Shown here piece after piece: positions 1 to 9,364 of a stretch of DNA of 64,000 nt. Within the stretch, counting starts at the first letter, position 1, and each line of letters opens with the position of its first letter. Made by a program: the position numbers and the translations under genes. The notes under the pieces are model-generated. The model was not told where the DNA came from. It saw nothing but the letters and a program-made list of their open reading frames with translations, and did not search any database. Origin of the DNA: Chitinophagales bacterium (GTDB taxonomy: Bacteria > Bacteroidota > Bacteroidia > Chitinophagales > JABDMM01); the NCBI GenBank assembly GCA_013001465.1, contig JABDMM010000123.1, forward strand, positions 8,845 to 72,844, written 5' to 3'.

Positions 1-1
1 C

Positions 2-247
2 AAAGTTTATAATAATCCGGAAGTTTTTACAGGTGTAGTAAAGATCAGAAAAGGACTTACAGCGCTCATGATGCTTCAGCTCAATGATTTTGCTACAGCT
101 AAAAGATATTTCAGGTTTTTCTCAATGGAACTTATGAACAAGCTCGACAGAAATGATCCGAATTATGTTGAAACAAAGGATATACTGATAGAAATCATTG
201 CTGTTTGCAATGCAAAGCCATCATATCGTGCAATGGAAATTGCATAG
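2..247 (+). CDS. 3' end of a gene entering from upstream of the window (C-terminal ~81 aa, helical, function unknown)
   Basis: Frame 2 is open from the window edge to TAG at 245-247 (...KRYFRFFSMELMNKLDRNDPNYVETKDILIEIIAVCNAKPSYRAMEIA*). It is absent from the ORF track because its start lies outside the window. Confidence 0.35.
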   Translation, partial: KVYNNPEVFTGVVKIRKGLTALMMLQLNDFATAKRYFRFFSMELMNKLDRNDPNYVETKDILIEIIAVCNAKPSYRAMEIA

Positions 248-333
248 ATAGCTCCAACCCAATTTCAATTCCACATTAATTCATAGAGCATAGCTCTTAT
301 ATGATGAGCATTTACAGTAAATTCGCCTCCTGA

Positions 334-1104
334 ATGGTGAAAAGTCTTAGTCCAATAATTGAACTCATTGAAGAGGAATACGAGATCCCTCACTTAGGCG
401 CAACGAGAAAGATCTCAGCGCTCCTGCCATATGATTATTATGATCATACTAAGAGGCTACCTGTATTATATCTGCAGGACGGGCAGAATCTGTTCAATCC
501 TCAAGCGCCATTTGGTGATTGGGCTATCGATAAATCTCTGCACAGACTTGCAGCAAAAGGTTTGAAAGATGTGATCATCGTCGCGATCGATCATGGCGAA
601 CGGGAACGTATAAAAGAATACCTTCCTTACTTCCATGGTAGATTGGGTAAAGGTAAAGGAACACACTACATTAGATTCCTGAAAGAGAAACTGATCCCGT
701 ATATAAATAAGCGCTATCGAACCATGACTGATTATGCAAGCACAGGGATCGGAGGGAGTTCAATGGGCGGACTCATAAGTTTATATGCCGGACTAACCGA
801 ACCGTCTGTTTTCGGTAAGACGATGATATTCTCTCCTAGTCTGTGGATCTCAAACCGTATTTATTACAACGCGAAAGTATTTGACACGCTTCCCAATTCA
901 AGAATGTATTTGTATGCCGGGGGAGAAGAAAGCCTCACTCATCTTCCGAATGTTAAAAAACTGGAGTCGATCTTAAAGTCACACACTGCGAAGAATTCAA
1001 ATTTTCATCTAAAGGTTTCAGTAAACATGCGAGGTGTTCATGCTGAAGAATATTGGAGAAGAGAATTTCCAAAAGCTCTTAAGTGGCTGTTTTTTGATAA
1101 ATAA
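334..1104 (+). CDS. alpha/beta-hydrolase, 'putative esterase' family
   Basis: 256-aa ORF. LPVLYLQDGQNLF block typical of the esterase-D/siderophore-esterase-like family. Nucleophile elbow GGSSMGG (GxSxG). Confidence 0.7.
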   Translation: MVKSLSPIIELIEEEYEIPHLGATRKISALLPYDYYDHTKRLPVLYLQDGQNLFNPQAPFGDWAIDKSLHRLAAKGLKDVIIVAIDHGERERIKEYLPYFHGRLGKGKGTHYIRFLKEKLIPYINKRYRTMTDYASTGIGGSSMGGLISLYAGLTEPSVFGKTMIFSPSLWISNRIYYNAKVFDTLPNSRMYLYAGGEESLTHLPNVKKLESILKSHTAKNSNFHLKVSVNMRGVHAEEYWRREFPKALKWLFFDK

Positions 1105-1111
1105 AGATAAA

Positions 1112-2524
1112 ATGAATTACAAACTTTCCAATTCTCTCGATACTGAGGTAGATATTTTGTTAAGTTTTAATAAGGATGAGGTTGATACTGTAATGATCAA
1201 AGATCTAACAGGTCTGCCTGACTTTCAGTTTAATGGTGAGCTCGATGAAAACCTGATGCTTTTTACCGATTCAGGAAACAAAGTATTTCTGTTAGGACTT
1301 GGGGAAAAGAACGAGAAATGCAAACTGCGTTCTGCATTTCAAAAGTTTGCATTCAGACACTTTAAATACTTGCAGAAAGACTTGCAGGTAGATCTGAGAA
1401 ATTTTGGTGATGATCAGATCATAGATGCTCTAACCGGTCTAACAATGGCAAGCTACCAGATGGGCGTTTTTAAAACTGAAAAGAAGGACATACCAGAAGT
1501 AAAATATCATTTTCTTTCCGAAAGATCTATCGACGATCAAATTTCTGAAGGAGTTGCTGTCGGAGAAAGTATTAATAACATTCGTGCACTGATAGATGCA
1601 CCCCCAAATCAGAAGACTCCGGAGTTTTTAGCGTCACACGTAACAGCATCTGCAAAGAAACATGGTTATAAATGTGAGGTAAAAGAAAAGGCAACTTTAG
1701 AGGATGAGGGATTTGGTGCGCTGCTTGCTGTTGGCGCTGGTAGCAAAAATGAACCCAGGCTGATCAAGATGACCTACACTCCAAAGGAAGGAGCAGATAT
1801 AGATATAGCGCTAGTAGGTAAAGGAATCACGTTCGATTCCGGTGGATTATCGATAAAACCATCTCAAAACCTTCATTATTTAAAGAGTGATATGGGAGGA
1901 GCAGCTGCGGTAATTGGTGCTGTTGAGTTAGTTGCTAAACTGAAATTGAAGGTCAACGTGATCGGAATTGTCGCTTCGGCAGAAAACGCTGTAGATGCAG
2001 AAAGTTTCAGACCTGGTGATGTTATAAAATCCTATTCGGGGAAGACGATTGAAATTATAGATACCGATGCAGAGGGAAGATTAGTGCTTGCGGATGGACT
2101 CAGTTATGTTATCAAGAACTACAAACCCAAAAGAGTGATCGACCTCGCAACGCTTACCGGAAGTGTGGTCCGCACGTTAGCCTATTCTGCTGCCGGGATG
2201 TTCACGAACAATGAAGAAATGGCTAATTCTTTAAAGCAGATCGGTGAGAACATCGATGAAAAAGTTTGGCAACTTCCTCTATATAAAGAATTCGAGAGCG
2301 ATCTGCACTCGGATCTAGCGGATATTCGTAATTTCAGCAATAAGCCAATAGCTGGAGCGATCACTGCTGCTAAGTTTTTGGAGGCATTTACAGAAGATCA
2401 CGATAGCTGGCTTCATTTAGATATTGCCGGAGTGTCTTTTGGGGATTCTGAATTTTCTAAAATGAAAAGTGCAAGTGGATATGGAGTTCGCTTGTTGGTT
2501 CAGTATATTAAAACATTAAGCTAA
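1112..2524 (+). CDS. pepA: leucyl aminopeptidase (peptidase M17)
   Basis: M17 hallmarks VGKGITFDSGG and DTDAEGRLVLAD. The ORF-track start at 1034 overlaps the upstream gene. The ATG at 1112 (MNYKLSN...) lies 7 nt after that gene's stop and is preferred. Confidence 0.9.
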   Translation: MNYKLSNSLDTEVDILLSFNKDEVDTVMIKDLTGLPDFQFNGELDENLMLFTDSGNKVFLLGLGEKNEKCKLRSAFQKFAFRHFKYLQKDLQVDLRNFGDDQIIDALTGLTMASYQMGVFKTEKKDIPEVKYHFLSERSIDDQISEGVAVGESINNIRALIDAPPNQKTPEFLASHVTASAKKHGYKCEVKEKATLEDEGFGALLAVGAGSKNEPRLIKMTYTPKEGADIDIALVGKGITFDSGGLSIKPSQNLHYLKSDMGGAAAVIGAVELVAKLKLKVNVIGIVASAENAVDAESFRPGDVIKSYSGKTIEIIDTDAEGRLVLADGLSYVIKNYKPKRVIDLATLTGSVVRTLAYSAAGMFTNNEEMANSLKQIGENIDEKVWQLPLYKEFESDLHSDLADIRNFSNKPIAGAITAAKFLEAFTEDHDSWLHLDIAGVSFGDSEFSKMKSASGYGVRLLVQYIKTLS

Positions 2525-2529
2525 AGATC

Positions 2530-3732
2530 ATGGAAAAGAGACCACTAAACTTTCTATGTATTTCAACCTATTTCAAAGGCGAGGACTTTTTGCGATCGTG
2601 TAAAGCTGAAGGAAACAGGGTTTTCTTGCTGACATTAAAAAGTCTCGAAAATGAGGACTGGCCCTGGGACTCAATCGACGAAACATTATATGTCGATAAA
2701 TGGGTGGATGAACATGTTCAGAATGGAATTGCTTATAAATTCCGCTCAATAAAATTTGATCGCTTTGTAGCCTTGGATGATTTCGACGTTGAAAAGGCAG
2801 CCGGCTTGCGAGAGCATTTCAGAATGCCTGGCATGGGTCAGACCACCGGAAGATTTTTTCGTGATAAACTTGCAATGAGAGTAAAAGCTCATGAAGAAGG
2901 AATAAAAGTACCCCCATTTTCCTCGCTCTTTCATGATGAAGATATAAATTCTTTTGCTGATAGCGTGCAAGCACCATGGTTGGTTAAACCAAGACATGAA
3001 GCTTCTGCGCATGGAATAAAAAAGGTTCATAGCAAGGACGATTTATGGCAACTGATGCATGAACTGGGTGATGATCGTCACAAATTTTTAGTAGAAAAAT
3101 TCGCTCCGGGAGATGTCTATCATGTAGACAGTATTAATTACAATGGAGATGTGGTTTTTGCGAGAGTAAGTAAATATTTAGATACACCTTATGAAGTAGC
3201 ACATGGAGGAGGAATTTTCAGGTCTGTAACTATAGAGTTAAATTCCCAGGAAGAGCAGGATCTAAGAATGACGAATCGATCTGTCATGAAAGCTTTTGGT
3301 ATGCAATTCGGTGCATCGCATACAGAGTTTATAAGATCGCGCCAGACAGGAGAAATATTTTTTCTTGAAACTTCATCCAGAGTTGGAGGAGCAAACCTTT
3401 CCGAGATGGTTGAGGCTGCCACAGGGCTTAATCTTTGGGCTGAATGGGCTAAAGTTGAATCTGTTACTTTTCGAAATGAAAAATATACTGTGCCGAAGCT
3501 GTACAAAGATACATATGCCGGAATAGTAGTGAGTCTAAGTAGGTATGAATATCAGGATCTATCAACATTCACCGATCCGGAGATCGTTTGGCGCATGCAT
3601 AAACCATGGCATATAGGATTGATCGTTTCTGCCAGTTCACAGGAAAGGGTAGAAGAGCTTCTCAATAAGTATACAAGGCGTATTGCTGAAGAGTATCATG
3701 CCAGCGCACCGCCTCCGGAGAAATCAGTTTAG
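2530..3732 (+). CDS. ATP-grasp domain carboxylate-amine ligase (L-amino-acid-ligase-like)
   Basis: 400 aa. PWLVKPRHEASAHGIKKV (ATP-binding Lys region). C-terminal SHTEFIRSRQTGEIFFLETSSRVGGA (E..E/N..R.GG metal/ATP motif of ATP-grasp_4-type enzymes). Starts 5 nt after the pepA stop. Confidence 0.7.
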   Translation: MEKRPLNFLCISTYFKGEDFLRSCKAEGNRVFLLTLKSLENEDWPWDSIDETLYVDKWVDEHVQNGIAYKFRSIKFDRFVALDDFDVEKAAGLREHFRMPGMGQTTGRFFRDKLAMRVKAHEEGIKVPPFSSLFHDEDINSFADSVQAPWLVKPRHEASAHGIKKVHSKDDLWQLMHELGDDRHKFLVEKFAPGDVYHVDSINYNGDVVFARVSKYLDTPYEVAHGGGIFRSVTIELNSQEEQDLRMTNRSVMKAFGMQFGASHTEFIRSRQTGEIFFLETSSRVGGANLSEMVEAATGLNLWAEWAKVESVTFRNEKYTVPKLYKDTYAGIVVSLSRYEYQDLSTFTDPEIVWRMHKPWHIGLIVSASSQERVEELLNKYTRRIAEEYHASAPPPEKSV

Positions 3733-4931
3733 CCTTCATTTTCGAAGAAACCGATACTTCCACCAACCCACACTTTATCTTTATTGTATCTCACTCCAAC
3801 CATTGCACCTTTGCTAAGGCGCATAAGGTTACTCACTACTCGTGTGGTCTTATCTCTGGTATTGTGAAGTGCCATCATTCTGATCTCACCTTTCGCAGGA
3901 ACATCTGGTGTTTCAACAATAGGTTGATAATTTACTTTTTGCTGCAGAATGTAGTTTTCTCTATCTTGAATATCATCGAGTATTTTCTGGTTAATATCAA
4001 GGACAACACCAGACCCTGCAAAGGAATAGAGTGGCTTTAAGACATAGTTTTCCAGATCATCGGGATAGTCCGTGAGCTTATTGAGAAATTGTGAGTGAGG
4101 AACATACTTATTCTGGATAAGTGGCAACGTGTATTTGCTGATCCTGAAGAACCAGTTAGGATGGCCAACCCACTCAACATCTACTTCATCCTTGAAATAG
4201 AACTCTCGTTTAATATCATCACGTTGATTAAGTTCATCAAAGATCACCCGATTATAAATCTTTAGGATCTTTACTTCGGTGCCATTTTCGTCGATATAAA
4301 ATAATTCTTTTCCTCTTTTTTTCATTTGGCTGATGCAAAGTACTTTTAATCCAAGTTCACGCTCAGCGCATAGAAAATCAATTCGTGTAGTTTGCTTTTC
4401 AGGCTCCACTTCGAGAAGAACAACCTGTTTGGGATCTGTATCACCAATAATTTCTGCCCGAAGCATTTCAATGTATTCCTCTCTCTTCAAACCATCCAGA
4501 TGCACCGAAAATCTATCAGGTATATCGTAGTGTTTGATATACATTTGCGATAGAAAGTCCTGATAGAAATAAAGAGAAGGGAAACCCTGGAGCTCTATGA
4601 GTTTTGGAATTGGGTCGCCATTTTCATCTAAACAGATACCAAAATCCAATTGAATGAATCTTGAAGTATAATCTTCTGCAGGAACATGAAGCGTTGGGTG
4701 TTTTATCGCTTCTTGAGTAAGGACTTTAAAATCAGGTTTGACGACGATATCAAGAATATCATTACAAGCTTCTGTTAGTCTTTCCTTCAGCAGTTGGGGT
4801 ATAAATACCGGGGTTTCAGCAATCCTGAACGGAGGCAAGTAATTGAATTGTTGCTCGATATCTTTCAGGAAGGTCTGGTATTTTTCCTGTGTAAAGTGCT
4901 CGTTAAATGCTTTGCGGTATGCGTGGATCAT
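3729..4931 (-). CDS. circularly permuted / glutathionylspermidine-synthetase-like ATP-grasp amidoligase
   Basis: 400 aa. RFIQLDFGICLDENGDPIPKLIELQGFPS (R-x-D...G...lE-x-N/Q..P block, normally C-terminal in ATP-grasp enzymes) lies in the N-terminal third. YVLKPLYSFAGSGVVL (Lys plus Gly-rich loop) lies in the C-terminal third. The start overlaps the upstream stop (TGATG). Confidence 0.55.
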   Translation of the reverse strand: MIHAYRKAFNEHFTQEKYQTFLKDIEQQFNYLPPFRIAETPVFIPQLLKERLTEACNDILDIVVKPDFKVLTQEAIKHPTLHVPAEDYTSRFIQLDFGICLDENGDPIPKLIELQGFPSLYFYQDFLSQMYIKHYDIPDRFSVHLDGLKREEYIEMLRAEIIGDTDPKQVVLLEVEPEKQTTRIDFLCAERELGLKVLCISQMKKRGKELFYIDENGTEVKILKIYNRVIFDELNQRDDIKREFYFKDEVDVEWVGHPNWFFRISKYTLPLIQNKYVPHSQFLNKLTDYPDDLENYVLKPLYSFAGSGVVLDINQKILDDIQDRENYILQQKVNYQPIVETPDVPAKGEIRMMALHNTRDKTTRVVSNLMRLSKGAMVGVRYNKDKVWVGGSIGFFENEG

Positions 4932-5749
4932 CAGTTATTAATATACTCTTCTTTGTTTAATGAAGCTAAAGCTTTTGAAATAAAACTCGGAAGTATAACA
5001 CTATGAGTAAGTTTTATTTTATCAGGATCGCTCAAATGAAGCATCATATCCTCGTATTTGTTCTCATCGAAATTACTGATCACCTTGTCTCGATTTTCTT
5101 TTTTGCTGAAGTGTGACTTCATACCTATTGGATCTGCTTCAGGATGAAATTGCGTCCCTACAAATTCATCAGAGAACCTGACAGCCATTATCGCTCTTTC
5201 ATATTCTACATGGGTTCTAATTTTTTCCAGGCTTAATATGCTTGCACCATGTTCTTCAAAAACCTTTAGCCTCGGTTGCACGAGTTGCCAATCTCTGGAA
5301 TCGACAGCATAGTAAGGATTGTCCAGACCATTTAAAATTGGGTCGGTGAGACCAGCTGCAGTTTTGTGAACAGGGTAGATCCCAAAAGAAGTTCTTTTTC
5401 GTTTGGTGATCGATCCAAGTTGAAAATGTTCACATGCCATCTGGAAGGAATAACAAATAAAGAAGATATGCTTCTTATTCCCTCCTTTAATTTGATTTAG
5501 CTGCCATGCAGAATCTATAAGATTGAAATAACTCTCTGTCCAGGAACCTGCTTCGTGAGGATTTCCAGGACCTCCACTCGAAATAAAAATATCATATGAA
5601 AGATCAGGAATTTCATGTTTAGATCGAACATCAAACACTTTCCAGTCCAAACGATCTTCAAACTCGGTGGCAATATCCCTGATACAACGCAATCCCTGAT
5701 TAGGAATGCTTTTGTTCATGTCTAGGATAGCCAGTTTTACTTTTTTCAT
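4931..5749 (-). CDS. class-I glutamine amidotransferase-like protein (probable amidase/peptidase)
   Basis: 272 aa. Nucleophile context HIFFICYSFQ (Cys) and GTQFHPE (His-x-Glu) give an intact GATase1 triad. No fused synthase domain. Confidence 0.75.
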   Translation of the reverse strand: MKKVKLAILDMNKSIPNQGLRCIRDIATEFEDRLDWKVFDVRSKHEIPDLSYDIFISSGGPGNPHEAGSWTESYFNLIDSAWQLNQIKGGNKKHIFFICYSFQMACEHFQLGSITKRKRTSFGIYPVHKTAAGLTDPILNGLDNPYYAVDSRDWQLVQPRLKVFEEHGASILSLEKIRTHVEYERAIMAVRFSDEFVGTQFHPEADPIGMKSHFSKKENRDKVISNFDENKYEDMMLHLSDPDKIKLTHSVILPSFISKALASLNKEEYINN

Positions 5750-5752
5750 AAT

Positions 5753-6898
5753 TTAACTCAGTCCTTCAGTTGTCTGCTCGATTATATAGTCGACTACTTT
5801 CTTCAAATCGTTGGTCTCATTATAGACAGCTAATTGTCTATCGGCTCCTGTACCGTTTTTCAGCATGTCTTTAATTTTATTCATTTCATTTCTGGATCCA
5901 AGATCATCCACGACCTCATCGACAAACTCAAGCATTTCCTCGATCAGGATTTTTATATCAACCTCAGCCTCCTGACCAAAATCTATCAACTTACCATCAA
6001 GTCCGTACCGCCCAGCCCTCCATTTATTTTCGTTTATCAGTGCCCTGTGATATAGAATGAAATTTAAGTTTTGAGTTCTTAAGAGATAAAGTTTAGCCAC
6101 AAGTGCCTGGATCATTGCAGTGAGGCAAACAGTCTCATCGACTGTCAACGGTATATCGCAAATCCGGATCTCAACTGTTGGAAAGAATGGATGAACTCTG
6201 ATATCCCACCAGATCTTTTTGGCATTGTCGATACATTTCGTCTTGATCAGCAATTCAATGTAACTCTGATATTCTGCAACAGATTGAAAAACATCGGGAA
6301 TCCCGGTACGTGGGAATTTATCGAAAACTTTAGAACGGAAAGATTTGAACCCGGTGTTTCTGCCTTCCCAGAATGGTGAGTTGCTGGACAAAGCGTATAA
6401 ATGAGGTAGAAAATATCGCATGGAATTTGCGATATGCAACGCCATTGCTTTATCCTGAATCCCAACATGAACGTGTAAACCAAAGATCAGATTTGACCGG
6501 GCCGTATCCTGCATCTCCTGAATGATCTCATCATAGCGAGGATTTGGAGTAATAAGTTGTTTTTCCCATTCTGAGAATGGATGAGTACTTGCTGCACCTA
6601 TGCGGAAACCGAGATCGGAAGAGATCTCACAAATGGTTTTGCGAAGCTGAGAAATTTCCTGTCTTGCTTCTACGATATCAGAACAGATCTTTGTTCCAAC
6701 CTCAACCACAGCCTGATGCATTTCTGCTTTTACTTGCTCCTCTAGGTGCTTTTCAGCAACTTCAACAATTTTCTGTTCATGGGAGATCAGTTCACGGGAT
6801 TCAGGGTCAATTACCTGGTATTCTTCTTCGATTCCTAGGGTAAACTGCATTTTAAAAGATTTAGATGATGCAAAATCCGGACTCATCCGGATAAACAT
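5753..6898 (-). CDS. carboxylate-amine ligase, GCS2 / YbdK family (glutamate-cysteine-ligase-like)
   Basis: 381 aa. The N-terminal FTLGIEEEYQVIDP matches the YbdK-type TLGxExE signature. Size is typical. The start overlaps the upstream stop (TAATG at 6896-6900). Confidence 0.85.
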   Translation of the reverse strand: MFIRMSPDFASSKSFKMQFTLGIEEEYQVIDPESRELISHEQKIVEVAEKHLEEQVKAEMHQAVVEVGTKICSDIVEARQEISQLRKTICEISSDLGFRIGAASTHPFSEWEKQLITPNPRYDEIIQEMQDTARSNLIFGLHVHVGIQDKAMALHIANSMRYFLPHLYALSSNSPFWEGRNTGFKSFRSKVFDKFPRTGIPDVFQSVAEYQSYIELLIKTKCIDNAKKIWWDIRVHPFFPTVEIRICDIPLTVDETVCLTAMIQALVAKLYLLRTQNLNFILYHRALINENKWRAGRYGLDGKLIDFGQEAEVDIKILIEEMLEFVDEVVDDLGSRNEMNKIKDMLKNGTGADRQLAVYNETNDLKKVVDYIIEQTTEGLS

Positions 6899-7872
6899 TA
6901 TGCGTTTTGAGCAACCTTTAAATTTTTACTCGCAACAACCTGGTCTTTTATAAAACTTCCCCAAGTCAAGTTCATCTGACCATCTTTATGAGCCATCGCT
7001 CTTTCAATTGCTAAATTTGCTGCGTTTTCAACGATCCAGTCAAAATTTTCCTGGCCAACTGAGTGGTAATCTGCATCTGGTGCGGGATTACAGAAATCTA
7101 TAGCATATGGAATACCATCTCTTATTGCAAATTCAACTGTATTAAAATCATAACCTAATGCTATGTTAAGCTTTATACAGTATTCTTCCACTTTGCTCAG
7201 CAATTCCTTCGCGACAGGACCGCCATCTCTGACATATCTCAAGTGATGAGGATTGCGGGGTTCATATTGCATGATATGGACATTGTTCTGGCCTAAAACA
7301 TAGCAGCGAAAGTATTCTGTAAACTGGATTTCTTCCTGTAACATCATTACCAACTGTTCTGTTTCTGCATGTTTAGTAAACAGATCCTCTCTGTTCTCTA
7401 CTCTGTAAACACTTTTCCAGCCACCACCAGAATGTGGTTTCATATATGCAGGAAAACCGATATACTCAAACATTTCATCCCAACCAAATGGCAATTTCAG
7501 GTTTCTGAAGGAGTTCTCATCTGTATCATCTGGTCTGTGAAAAGATGGTAAGAGAACAGTTTTAGGAACAGGTACACCAACTTTTTCTGAAAGGGCATTA
7601 TTGAAAAATTTCTCATCTGCGCTCCACCAGAATGGATTGTTTATCACAGCTGTTCCGCAAATTGCTGCATTTTTTAGAAAAGATCTGTAAAAGGGAACGT
7701 CCTGTGAGATACGATCAATGATAACCGCATAATCGATTGGCCGGGCTTGTTGAACAATATCAATACCGACAGGTTCAGCTACGATACCATCGATTTTTTT
7801 CTCATTTATCCTGTGTACAAATGCTTCAGGAAATGTAGTTTCTTGTCCGAATAAAATTCCAATTTTCTTCAT
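6898..7872 (-). CDS. ATP-grasp enzyme (RimK / glutathione-synthetase-like)
   Basis: 324 aa. FPAYMKPHSGGGWKSVYRV (Lys plus Gly-rich loop). C-terminal FNTVEFAIRDGIPYAIDFCN (E...D-x-N-type Mg/ATP site). Confidence 0.7.
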   Translation of the reverse strand: MKKIGILFGQETTFPEAFVHRINEKKIDGIVAEPVGIDIVQQARPIDYAVIIDRISQDVPFYRSFLKNAAICGTAVINNPFWWSADEKFFNNALSEKVGVPVPKTVLLPSFHRPDDTDENSFRNLKLPFGWDEMFEYIGFPAYMKPHSGGGWKSVYRVENREDLFTKHAETEQLVMMLQEEIQFTEYFRCYVLGQNNVHIMQYEPRNPHHLRYVRDGGPVAKELLSKVEEYCIKLNIALGYDFNTVEFAIRDGIPYAIDFCNPAPDADYHSVGQENFDWIVENAANLAIERAMAHKDGQMNLTWGSFIKDQVVASKNLKVAQNA

Positions 7873-7891
7873 AACGTTAAAATTTTAGATA

Positions 7892-8596
7892 CTAGAGTGT
7901 CGACAAATAATTTGGGAACATATCTCTCCAAATCGGCCAGTCATGTTTGGCCCAGCGTTTAAGGTCGAACCAGTACGGTATATTCTTCTTTGTAAGTATA
8001 TCCGCCATATCGCGATTTGCATCAAGGCATATATCCCATTCACCTACTCCCAAAGTAATCTTCATATCCCATAATTCTGGATTTTGATTCCCGGGTAGGT
8101 ATTCTACAGGATTATTAAAATAAACATTTTCATCGTGGTAACCGTCTAAAAATGAACTTATATCGAAAGATCCACTCATACTAAACATATGGCTCACTTT
8201 ATCGGGATTTTTAAAGGCAAAGTTTGCTGCGAGATAACCGCCAAAACTAGGTCCTGCAACTGCAACTTTGGAAATTCCCTTTTCGTGACATATTGCATTC
8301 ACCAATTCTTCTCTTACAAAGTTATCATACCAGATATGATTCTGCACTTTTTCTGCAGGATGAATTTCTTTGTTATACCAACTCATATCGTTGATACTGT
8401 CTGGACAATAGATCTGGACTAGTCCATTATCTAAAAACCACTTGGCAGAACTGATCAGGTGGAAATCTCTGCATTCATAATATCTTCCCATCGTGGTAGG
8501 AAAAAGAATGACCGGATAACCTGAATGCCCGAATACAAGCATTTCTATATCCTTGTTTAACGTTGGCGAATGCCACTTATGGTAGTCTTCTTTCAA
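7892..8596 (-). CDS. alpha/beta-hydrolase, 'putative esterase' family
   Basis: 234 aa. Nucleophile elbow AGPSFGG (GxSxG) and overall esterase-family layout. It is the first gene of the minus-strand ligase unit. Confidence 0.7.
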   Translation of the reverse strand: MKEDYHKWHSPTLNKDIEMLVFGHSGYPVILFPTTMGRYYECRDFHLISSAKWFLDNGLVQIYCPDSINDMSWYNKEIHPAEKVQNHIWYDNFVREELVNAICHEKGISKVAVAGPSFGGYLAANFAFKNPDKVSHMFSMSGSFDISSFLDGYHDENVYFNNPVEYLPGNQNPELWDMKITLGVGEWDICLDANRDMADILTKKNIPYWFDLKRWAKHDWPIWRDMFPNYLSTL

Positions 8597-8697
8597 TTTT
8601 TCTATTTATTTAAAACGGAGCGCAAAATTACGGCATACTTTCATCATATAAAAGCATAGAGCAATCTGTTTTAAGAAAGGACAGAGTAGCATAATCA

Positions 8698-9348
8698 TCA
8701 GCAACCACAAAATTCTACCCCAACAACTTTCATGGTTTTTAAACGGTCTATAATTTCCATCAACACTTCGTGGTCATTGATGGAAGGTTTAATTGAGTTT
8801 TTGTATATCAGCTGTAATTCTTCTTCGATCGAAGAAGGTACCCCACCAGTTGAATAATTGTATAGTTCAATTCTACAACCTACTTTGTCCTGCGAAACTT
8901 TTATAGTTGTAAATGGTCGCGACAACCAGCTGCTGTCCTCAATGTTTATCATAGTAAGACAGTTTATATCATACGCTACAGTGGACCACACCTTGATCAT
9001 ACTTATCGGTTCGATTTTTGAAAATTCTAAAGTTTTAACGGAGTTAAAGTCTACTTTAAAAGGATGTATAGGTAGTCGCGAGATTGTTTTTATATTTTCA
9101 AAATCATAAATACGTGTATAGACCTGAAGTTCTGTTTGGCCTTTGTAAAGATTGTAAAGTGCAATTCTAAACGAATCGGGATTACCTAAATAGCGATTGA
9201 AATGATCTACCGGAAATTCAGAGTATATAAATGCTTTTTCTTCCTGTCCATCTTGTGTGTAGTTAAACTCAATTAACCAAATGCCACCAATGGCAAAAGT
9301 ATTTATTGAGAGAAATGTAAGCACACCATATATAAACAGGGCTCTCAT
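8698..9348 (-). CDS. hypothetical secreted/membrane-anchored protein
   Basis: 216-aa ORF with a hydrophobic N-terminus (MRALFIYGVLTFLSINTFAIGGIWLI). I recognise no motif. Confidence 0.45.
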   Translation of the reverse strand: MRALFIYGVLTFLSINTFAIGGIWLIEFNYTQDGQEEKAFIYSEFPVDHFNRYLGNPDSFRIALYNLYKGQTELQVYTRIYDFENIKTISRLPIHPFKVDFNSVKTLEFSKIEPISMIKVWSTVAYDINCLTMINIEDSSWLSRPFTTIKVSQDKVGCRIELYNYSTGGVPSSIEEELQLIYKNSIKPSINDHEVLMEIIDRLKTMKVVGVEFCGC

Positions 9349-9364
9349 GATCGGTCGATCAGAT

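Noticed and set aside
1034-1111. 5' extension of the pepA ORF (ORF-track start 1034) overlapping the esterase gene by 71 nt
   Set aside because: The extension translates to a sequence unrelated to M17 N-termini and lies out of frame inside the well-supported upstream ORF. The ATG at 1112 gives a 7-nt intergenic gap and a sensible N-terminus.
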